A DNA stretch of 64,000 nt from Rebecca billardiae RCC1528 (Eukaryota; Protista; Haptophyta), in contig OZ251240.1 of assembly GCA_965240325.2 (NCBI GenBank), forward strand, positions 496,001 to 560,000. The letters run 5' to 3'. The position numbers and the translations under genes are program-made. Under the pieces are notes generated by a model. It was not told the DNA's origin and made no database searches. It saw only the letters and a program-made list of their open reading frames with translations. This document shows, piece by piece, positions 55,501 through 64,000 of this stretch (the first letter of the stretch is position 1; every line of letters begins with the position of its first letter).

Positions 55501-58500
55501 GGCTGGGTGGCGGCGACGGCGGGGGAGACGGCGGCGGCGATGGCGGCGGTGATGGCGGTGGGCTCGGGGGTGGCGAGGGGGGAGGGCTTGGCGGTGGCGA
55601 CGGTGGCGGGCTCGGCGGCGGCGAGGGCGGCGGGCTCGGCGGTGGGCTCGGTGGCGGCGACGGTGGCGGGCTGGGAGGTGGCGACGGTGGCGGGCTGGGT
55701 GGCGGCGAGGGCGGCGGGCTGGGTGGCGGCGAGGGCGGCGGGCTTGGCGGTGGGCTGGGCGGCGGCGATGGCGGCGGTGATGGCGGTGGGCTCGGTGGTG
55801 GCGAGGGGGGAGGGCTTGGCGGTGGCGACGGTGGCGGGCTCGGCGGCGGCGAGGGCGGCGGGCTCGGCGGTGGGCTCGGTGGCGGCGACGGTGGCGGGCT
55901 GGGAGGTGGCGACGGTGGCGGGCTGGGTGGCGGCGAGGGCGGCGGGCTGGGTGGCGGCGAGGGCGGCGGGCTTGGCGGTGGGCTGGGCGGCGGCGATGGC
56001 GGCGGGCTTGGCGGTGGGCTCGGTGGTGGCGAAGGGGGAGGGCTTGGCGGTGGCGACGGTGGCGGGCTCGGCGGCGGCGAGGGCGGCGGGCTCGGCGGTG
56101 GGCTCGGTGGCGGCGACGGTGGCGGGCTGGGAGGTGGCGACGGTGGCGGGCTGGGTGGCGGCGAGGGCGGCGGGCTGGGTGGCGGCGACGGCGGTGGCGA
56201 TGGCGGCGGGGAAGGCGGCGGCGAGGGCGGCGGTGATGGTGGCGGTGATGGCGGTGGGCTCGGCGGCGGCGACGGCGGCGGGCTCGGCGGTGGGCTTGGA
56301 GGTGGGCTCGGCGGTGGGGACGGTGGTGGCGACGGTGGTGGGCTCGGCGGCGGCGATGGCGGCGGCGATGGTGGTGGGCTCGGCGGCGGCGACGGCGGCG
56401 GTGATGGTGGTGGACTCGGTGGCGGGGATGGCGGAGGGCTGGGCGGCGGCGAGGGCGGCGGGCTTGGCGGCGGCGAGGGCGGTGGGCTCGGCGGCGGCGA
56501 CGGCGGTGGGGACGGCGGTGGTGATGGTGGCGGCGACGGCGGTGGGCTTGGCGGTGGGCTTGGGGGCGGCGATGGCGGCGGGCTTGGCGGTGGGCTTGGC
56601 GGTGGCGATGGTGGTGGCGATGGCGGTGGGCTCGGCGGTGGCGACGGCGGCGGCGACGGTGGTGGACTCGGCGGCGGGGATGGCGGAGGGCTGGGCGGCG
56701 GCGAGGGCGGCGGGCTTGGCGGCGGCGAGGGAGGTGGGCTCGGCGGCGGCGATGGCGGTGGGGACGGAGGCGGGCTGGGCGGTGGCGATGGAGGTGGGCT
56801 GGGCGGCGGACTCGGAGGTGGCGAGGGCGGTGGTCTCGGCGGCGGCGATGGCGGCGGACTGGGCGGTGGCGAGGGCGGCGGCAAGGGCGGGGGGCTCGGC
56901 GGTGGCGACGGAGGCGGGCTTGGGGGCGGGGACGGGGGTGGTGACGGCGGTGGGCTCGGCGGTGGCGACGGCGGCGGCGAAGGCGGCGGCGATGGTGGTG
57001 GCGGGGATGGAGGCGGGCTCGGCGGTGGAGACGGTGGGGGAGACGGCGGGGGGCTCGGAGGCGGTGGGCTCGGCGGCGGCGATGGCGGCGGCGATGGTGG
57101 CGGCGAAGGCGGTGGCGAGGGTGGCGGGTTAGGGGGCGGCGAGGGCGGCGGGCTCGGTGGCGGTGAAGGCGGTGGGCTCGGTGGCGGCAAAGGTGGCGGA
57201 CTCGGCGGAGGACTTGGCGGTGGCGGGCTCGGCGGTGGGCTTGGCGGCGGCGATGGCGGCGGCGATGGTGGCGGCGATGGTGGCCGGCTGGGCGGCGGGC
57301 TCGGTGGTGGCGACGGCGGCGGGCTCGGTGGTGGTGAAGGCGGCGGGCTCGGCGGCGGGCTCGGAGGTGGCGAGGGGGGCGGGCTCGGCGGCGGCGACGG
57401 CGGCGGCGAGGGCGGCGGGCTCGGCGGCGGTGGGCTTGGCGGCGGGCTTGGCGGCGGCGAGGGTGGCGGGCTTGGCGGCGGCGAGGGCGGAGGGCTCGGT
57501 GGTGGTGAGGGCGGCGGGCTTGGCGGCGGCGAGGGCGGCGGGCTTGGTGGTGGCGAAGGCGGCGGGCTTGGCGGCGGACTCGGCGGCGGTGCAGGGGGCG
57601 GCGAGGGCGGAGGGCTGGGCGGTGGCGAGGGCGGCGGTGGACTGGGTGGCGGCGAGGGCGGCGGTGAGGGCGGCGGGCTAGGTGGCGGCAAGGGCGGCGG
57701 GCTTGGCGGCGGGCTTGGCGGGGGCGAGGGTGGCGGTGATGGGGGCGGTGGCGACGGCGGCGGCGACGGTGGCGGGCTCGGTGGTGGTGACGGCGGCGGC
57801 GACGGTGGTGGCGACGGTGGCGGGCTCGGTGGTGGCGACGGCGGCGGCGACGGTGGCGGCGATGGGGGCGGGCTCGGTGGCGGCGATGGCGGTGGCGATG
57901 GAGGCGGCGGGCTCGGCGGTGGACTCGGCGGCGGCGACGGTGGGGGCGAGGGCGGCGGGCTGGGTGGCGGGCTCGGTGGCGGGCTTGGTGGTGGCGAGGG
58001 AGGAGGGCTCGGCGGGGGCGACGGCGGAGGCGAAGGGGGTGGTGAGGGTGGCGGCAAGGGCGGTGGTGGGCTGGGCGGAGGCGAAGGCGGCGGGCTTGGC
58101 GGCGGGCTCGGCGGCGGGCTTGGCGGCGGGCTCGGCGGCGGTGAGGGCGGTGGCGAGGGCGGCGGGCTTGGCGGTGGGCTTGGCGGCGGGCTCGGCGGTG
58201 GAGACGGCGGCGGGCTTGGCGGAGGCGGGCTCGGTGGTGGCGAGGGCGGCGGCGAGGGCGGCGGCGAGGGCGGCGGCGAGGGCGGCGGCGACGGCGGCGG
58301 GCTGGGCGGCGGCGATGGCGGTGGCGATGGAGGCGGCGGGCTCGGCGGTGGACTCGGTGGCGGCGACGGTGGGGGCGAGGGCGGCGGGCTGGGTGGCGGG
58401 CTCGGTGGCGGGCTTGGTGGTGGTGAGGGAGGAGGGCTCGGCGGGGGCGACGGCGGAGGCGAAGGGGGTGGTGAGGGCGGCGGCAAGGGCGGTGGTGGGC

Positions 58501-61500
58501 TGGGCGGAGGCGAAGGCGGCGGGCTTGGCGGCGGGCTCGGCGGCGGGCTCGGCGGCGGGCTCGGCGGCGGTGAGGGCGGTGGCGAAGGCGGCGGGCTTGG
58601 CGGTGGGCTTGGCGGCGGGCTCGGCGGTGGAGACGGCGGCGGGCTTGGCGGAGGCGGGCTCGGTGGTGGCGAGGGCGGCGGCGAGGGCGGCGGCGAGGGC
58701 GGCGGCGAGGGCGGCGGCGACGGCGGTGGGCTGGGCGGCGGCGATGGCGGTGGCGATGGAGGCGGCGGGCTCGGCGGTGGACTCGGTGGCGGCGACGGTG
58801 GGGGCGAGGGCGGCGGGCTGGGTGGCGGGCTCGGTGGCGGGCTTGGTGGTGGCGAGGGAGGAGGGCTCGGCGGGGGCGACGGCGGAGGCGAAGGGGGTGG
58901 TGAGGGCGGCGGCAAGGGCGGTGGTGGGCTGGGCGGAGGCGAAGGCGGCGGGCTTGGCGGCGGGCTCGGCGGCGGGCTCGGCGGCGGGCTCGGCGGCGGT
59001 GAGGGCGGTGGCGAAGGCGGCGGGCTGGGCGGTGGGCTTGGCGGCGGGCTCGGCGGTGGAGACGGCGGCGGGCTTGGCGGAGGCGGGCTCGGTGGTGGCG
59101 AGGGCGGCGGCGAGGGCGGCGGCGAGGGCGGCGGCGAGGGCGGCGGCGACGGCGGTGGGCTGGGCGGCGGCGATGGCGGTGGCGATGGAGGCGGCGGGCT
59201 CGGCGGTGGACTCGGTGGCGGCGACGGTGGGGGCGAGGGCGGCGGGCTGGGTGGCGGGCTCGGTGGCGGGCTTGGTGGTGGCGAGGGAGGAGGGCTCGGC
59301 GGGGGCGACGGCGGAGGCGAAGGGGGTGGTGAGGGCGGCGGCAAGGGCGGTGGTGGGCTGGGCGGAGGCGAAGGCGGCGGGCTTGGCGGCGGGCTCGGCG
59401 GCGGGCTCGGCGGCGGGCTCGGCGGCGGTGAGGGCGGTGGCGAAGGCGGCGGGCTGGGCGGTGGGCTTGGCGGCGGGCTCGGCGGTGGAGACGGCGGCGG
59501 GCTTGGCGGAGGCGGGCTCGGTGGTGGCGAGGGCGGCGGCGAGGGCGGCGGCGAGGGCGGCGGCGAGGGCGGCGGCGAGGGCGGTGGGCTGGGTGGCGGC
59601 GATGGCGGTGGCGATGGAGGCGGCGGGCTTGGCGGTGGACTCGGCGGCGGCGATGGTGGGGGCGATGGTGGCGGCGAAGGCGGTGGCGAGGGCGGCGGGC
59701 TAGGTGGCGGCGAGGGCGGCGGCGAGGGCGGAGGAGGGCTCGGCGGCGGTGACGGGGGTGGACTCGGTGGGGGCGAGGGCGGCGGGCTGGGCGGCGGGCT
59801 TGGTGGCGGGCTCGGCGGTGGAGACGGCGGCGGGCTTGGCGGGGGCGGGCTCGGCGGTGGCGAGGGCGGAGGCGATGGCGGCGGCGATGGCGGCGGCGAT
59901 GGTGGCGGCGACGGCGGTGGGCTGGGTGGCGGCGATGGCGGTGGCGATGGAGGCGGCGGGCTCGGCGGTGGACTCGGCGGCGGCGACGGTGGGGGCGAGG
60001 GCGGCGGGCTGGGTGGCGGGCTCGGAGGCGGGCTTGGTGGTGGCGAGGGAGGTGGACTCGGCGGTGGCGACGGCGGCGGCGACGGCGGCGGTGAAGGCGG
60101 CGGCGAAGGCGGTGGTGGGCTCGGCGGAGGCGAAGGCGGCGGGCTTGGCGGCGGGCTCGGCGGCGGGCTCGGCGGCGGGCCTGGCGGTGGTGAGGGCGGA
60201 GGTGAGGGCGGCGGGCTTGGCGGTGGGCTCGGCGGTGGGCTCGGCGGCGGAGACGGCGGCGGGCTTGGCGGGGGCGGGCTCGGTGGTGGCGAGGGCGGCG
60301 GCAAGGGTGGCGGCGAGGGCGGTGGCGAGGGTGGTGGCGACGGCGGTGGGCTGGGTGGCGGCGATGGCGGTGGCGATGGAGGCGGCGGGCTCGGCGGTGG
60401 GCTCGGTGGCGGCGACGGTGGCGGCGAGGGCGGCGGGCTGGGTGGCGGGCTCGGTGGCGGCGAGGGCGGTGGCGAGGGCGGTGGGCTCGGCGGTGCCGAC
60501 GGCGGGGGCGAAGGGGGTGGTGAGGGCGGCGGTGAGGGCGGCGGCGGGCTGGGCGGCGGCGAAGGCGGCGGCGAGGGCGGCGGCGAGGGCGGTGGCGAGG
60601 GCGGTGGCAATGGCGGTGGCGAGGGTGGCGGGCGTGGTGGCGGCGAGGGCGGCGGCGAGGGCGGAGGAGGGCTCGGCGGCGGTGACGGGGGCGGACTCGG
60701 TGGGGGCGAGGGCGGTGGGCTTGGCGGCGGGCTCGGCGGTGGGCTCGGCGGTGGAGACGGCGGCGGGCTCGGCGGGGGCGGGCTCGGCGGTGGCGAGGGC
60801 GGCGGCGAGGGCGGCGGCGAGGGCGGCGGCGAGGGCGGCGGTGAGGGCGGTGGCGATGGCGGCGGTCTCGGTGGCGGTGATGGTGGCGGGCTTGGTGGCG
60901 GCGACGGCGGCGGGCTGGGCGGCGATGGGCTCGGCGGAGGGGACGGCGGCGGTGCCGGCGGCGGCGGCGGTGGCACATCAATCGGCGGCAGGTTGTCGCC
61001 CATCGAGGCGAAGTCGGAGCCGCGATTGCTCGAGTCGCCGTGCCCAAGTTGGCCGAATCCGTTCTTGCCAAAGCTGGGGGCGGGGCGGGCGGCGGCGCGA
61101 CGGCGGTGGCAGGCGGGGTCACGCGCACACGCGGCGCAGCGCGGCGCAGCGCGGCAGGGGCGCGGCGGCGGCGCTGGGGCGAGGACGGGTGCGGCGGCCA
61201 CCGGCCCTGCTGCCGCGCTGGCATAGATAGACTAGATAGACTGGCTGCCGCTGTGTCGGGCAGTGCGCAGCGCGGGCGCTGCCACGCTCGGCAGCGCGCC
61301 GAGCGCCGAGGCCGGGGCACGCGCCGCACCGTCCCGCGCGCGTGCACGGCGGAGGCGGAGGCGTGCGCGCACCACTTCACCTCCCCGCTGTCGAGCACGG
61401 CGCACGAGTAGTCGTCACCCGTCCCGCCCTGCGTCACAGTCCGGCCGCTGCCCAGCCGGACAGGGAGCAGCGCGTCGCCCAGCTCGCCCGGCGCGTCGCC

Positions 61501-63176
61501 GCGGCTGTCCGTGTCACCCGCGCCGTTGGCGCCGGTGTTCGCACCCTTGCCCCAGCTGTGTGGCACGGGGGAGGGCGCGCGCCGCGGCGCGCGTCGGCGA
61601 TGGCGCGCGCGGGCGCGCACAGCCGCGGAGTGCGCGGCCGCGCGGGCGCGCGCGGCTGCGCGGCTGCGCGGCGCGTGCAGGGGCGGCGCGCGCGCGGCGG
61701 CGCACCACTTGAGCTGCTGCTGCGGGCTCGTGATGGCGCACGAGATGTCGCTCCCCAGCTGGAGCGACGCGGGCTCCACGCCTGTGCCCAGGTCGAAGGA
61801 CACCGCGAGCGCCGAGTCAATGACGTTGCTGGTGTCGCCGCTGCCCAGCTGGCCCGAGCCGCCCGACCCCCAGCACTTGATCTGGCCGCCACTGAGCCGC
61901 ACGCACGAGTGCTCGAACCCCGCAGCCACCGCGAGCACGGTCGCCCCGCCCAGGTCGACGGCCGCCAGCGCGTCGCCCATCTCCCCGGGGTCGTCCCCCT
62001 TGTCGTCGGTGGTGCCGTCGCCCAGCTGGCCTTGGTTGTTGCGGCCCCAGCTGCGGCCAAGGGGGCACGGCACGCGCGGCGCGGCGCGTGGCACTCTCAG
62101 CGGGTGCGCAGCGCTCCGGGCGCACGCGCGGGGCGACGGAGCGGCGGGCGCGCGCCCTCGCGCCCGCGCTTGCGCGGGCACCTGCGGGGGGCGCGCGTGC
62201 GCGTGCGCGGTGCGCCGTGTGCGCGGCCGCACCATTTGACGGTGCCGTCCGTGAACAGGACGCAGCCGTGCGCGCCGAGGTGCACGTCCCAGCCGGACAC
62301 GACGAGTCCGGCTCCAAAGTCGAGGTGCGCGCCAAAGGTGCCCACGTGGGCCGTGCTGCCCGTGCCCAGCGAGCCCTGGTCCCCGCGGCCGCAGCAGTGT
62401 ATGCCCACCGTGCCACTGATGTCTGACTGCACACACGTGATGTGCCGCCCCAGCTTGACCGCCTGTGGCGTCGCGCCCCCGAGGTCCGCGGCGAGGAGCG
62501 TGTCGCCCATCGCGCGGCCGGAGCCATCGCCGGTATAGATCACGTCGTCCGTGCCGTGCTGCCCGAACTGGTTGTTCCCCCAGCTGCGACGGGCGGCGCG
62601 CGCCGAGCGGCACGCGCGCAGCGGGGGAGGCGCGCGCTTGCGCTCAGCGCGCGGCGCGGCGCGCGCGCGCAGAGCGGGGAGGGCGGCGCGCGCGCGCGGC
62701 GGTGCGGCGCGCACCATCGCACGCTCGCGTCCGAGAGCAACGCGCACGAGTGGATCCGCCCCCCGTCCACGTCCACCGCCGTGAGGCCCGTGGGGAGCGC
62801 CACGAACGGCAGGCTGAGCCCAAGCTCGCCCGGCTGGTCGCCGCGAGGCTCGGTGTCGTCGTAGCCGAGCTGGCCGGCGCTGTTTTGGCCCCAGCTGCGC
62901 GTGGCGTCCGGCGCACACCGCGCGGCGACGCGCGCCGCCTCAGCGCGCAGCGTGCGCGCGGAGCGCGATCCACGGGTGCGGCGCTCACGCGCGTGATAGT
63001 CGGGCGGGCGCCGCGCCGCACCATTTGATCGCGCCAGTGTCGTAGATCATGCAGCTGTGTGTGTGGCCCACGGCGATCGAGGTCACGGTGCCGGCACTGC
63101 CCACGCCGAGGAGCGCCCCCGGGTGCAGCGCCGGGCTCGTCAGCGTGATGAGCACGACCGCCCACGGGGTGGGCAT
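44702..63176 (-). CDS. Giant (~5,860 aa) polycystin-1-like surface protein: signal peptide, 7 RCC1 repeats, ~2,600-aa (PPSP)n stalk, IPT/TIG, REJ, GAIN/GPS, TMs, EF-hand-like pair, TMs; exons 63176-63022, 62894-62715, 62583-62233, 62050-61706, 61555-61373, 61073-44702
   Basis: Five GT-AG introns give a continuous 17,586-nt frame. RCC1 blades (G..HSC.....G.VKCWG.N..GQLG); IPT-like VEPASGPLDGGTVVTLRGRGF; REJ INRPPFGG...AEGWADD..DLPLSFAF; GPS CRFWD...WSARGC...CACDHLTTF; H.LL....KAELAQALFN..ECMLY shared with the 13515 gene; C-terminal TM pair ending in VQEAL. Confidence 0.85.
53240..60975 (-). repeat. ~7.7-kb coding tandem repeat encoding (PPPS)n, with higher-order units
   Basis: 12-bp base unit. 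429-bp super-repeats (marker gtggcgatggaggcggcggg at 57892, 58321, 58750, 59179, 59608) and 228-bp units (marker ctgggaggtg at 55671, 55899, 56127). Confidence 0.95.
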
Positions 63177-63226
63177 GACGCCAGATGCGGGCTCGGCGCG
63201 CGTGTGGGGGCAGAGTTGGTTGAGAT

Positions 63227-63377
63227 GGAGTGGTGTCAAGGCACTCGGTGTATCGGTCAGTGGTTTGAGGTTGGGTGAGGGTGGTGGTTGGTTGGGGGCT
63301 GGCCAGGGTAGGGCTGGAGGCTTCGGCCGCCAGTCTGATCACCCGGAGCCCGTTATAAAGGGGAATTTAAAAAAAAA
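63227..63377 (+). mobile_element. Short, 5'-truncated copy of the A-tailed repeat, ~50 bp upstream of the giant gene's start codon
   Basis: 146 bp identical to the reverse complement of 38014-38159, ending in an A9 tail (63369-63377). Confidence 0.65.
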
Positions 63378-64000
63378 GATGAGATGAGTATTGTTCCCTT
63401 AAGCTGATGAATAGAGCTCGTTCGGAGATTCCCTCGGCGGGTACTTTATGTACTACTATCTTGATATCACCTTCAGTTTACTACTGGTTAAGTTTAGTAT
63501 CTACCGGTCACTCCCCGACCGTATTGATGGTGCAAGAAAACCTAGAGCCCCGACCGTTACAAGGGTATATTAGGTCTCAGCGGCATGATGGCCATCCGGC
63601 GAATAAGTCATTCTGGGTCTCCCTGACACCATGATACAGGCCCAACACCCCCGGGGACCTGAGCATCACCCTGGGACCTAATATTGCAGTCTGAAGTTGG
63701 GTGGGTCACTCTCGACGACGGCACGCGGACGGTCGTGATGCACGCGGGACAGCACATCAGGGGCATTCGGTGCACTAGCGAGGGTGGCATACGATGTCAT
63801 CCCGACGTATGCATCCGTAGTATACTTGCCCGGCCCCAGGCGCCCTGTCATCCGGCACAATGTCACGTGCGTGGGCTTCACGCGGTCGTGATCGCGGGGT
63901 TCAACATGCTGTTCCGAACGAGCGCACGCACGCGCGCCGGCGCGAGGCGAGCGAGAGGAATGCACCCCTCGCGTGCTCGCGCGGGCAAACGCACTTCACG

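Noticed and set aside
52464-61226. 2,920-aa Gly-rich + strand ORF, and the 3,133-aa Arg/His-rich alternative-frame ORF (53212-62613)
   Set aside because: Antisense and frame shadows of the PPPS repeat. Only the RCC1 exon parts of the second ORF are real, and they are used in the spliced model.
63600-64000. Possible 3' end of a minus-strand gene or a TE fragment at the window edge
   Set aside because: Truncated and unrecognisable; cannot be supported from this window.
1-64000. tRNA, rRNA or snRNA genes
   Set aside because: None recognised by eye; tRNAscan-SE and Infernal would be needed to exclude them.

Overview
Very GC-rich eukaryotic nuclear DNA, with short GC-rich spliceosomal introns (donors almost always GTGCG), AT/TA-rich intergenic patches and (PPSP)n proteins. 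The style fits a haptophyte alga, possibly Pavlovales; this is an inference. I can support about 15 protein-coding genes plus one probable pseudogene: homeobox TF, cN-II-type 5'-nucleotidase (4 exons), myo-inositol oxygenase (2 exons), BT1 folate/biopterin transporter, two polycystin-1-like REJ/GPS membrane proteins, an ankyrin protein, a SEL1+MYND gene and a decayed paralogue, a pseudo-nucleoside-hydrolase/WD40/multi-TM protein, a secreted SAM-methyltransferase, a bacterial-type propeller protein, a multi-TM TIR-like/C-type-lectin protein, a GT47/exostosin-like protein and an EF-hand protein. Two genes stand out. The first is a ~5,860-aa receptor that only appears after splicing five introns: an RCC1 propeller on a ~2,600-aa Pro/Ser stalk, followed by IPT-REJ-GPS-TM-EF-hand. 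The second is a spliced receptor joining a cytoplasmic TIR/HET-like domain to an extracellular C-type lectin. Mobile DNA includes a 1.96-kb element with 49-bp terminal inverted repeats and a nested 77-bp MITE, a 146-bp A-tailed repeat present twice, and a small foldback family. Most ORFs in the supplied track are antisense or frame shadows caused by the high GC.
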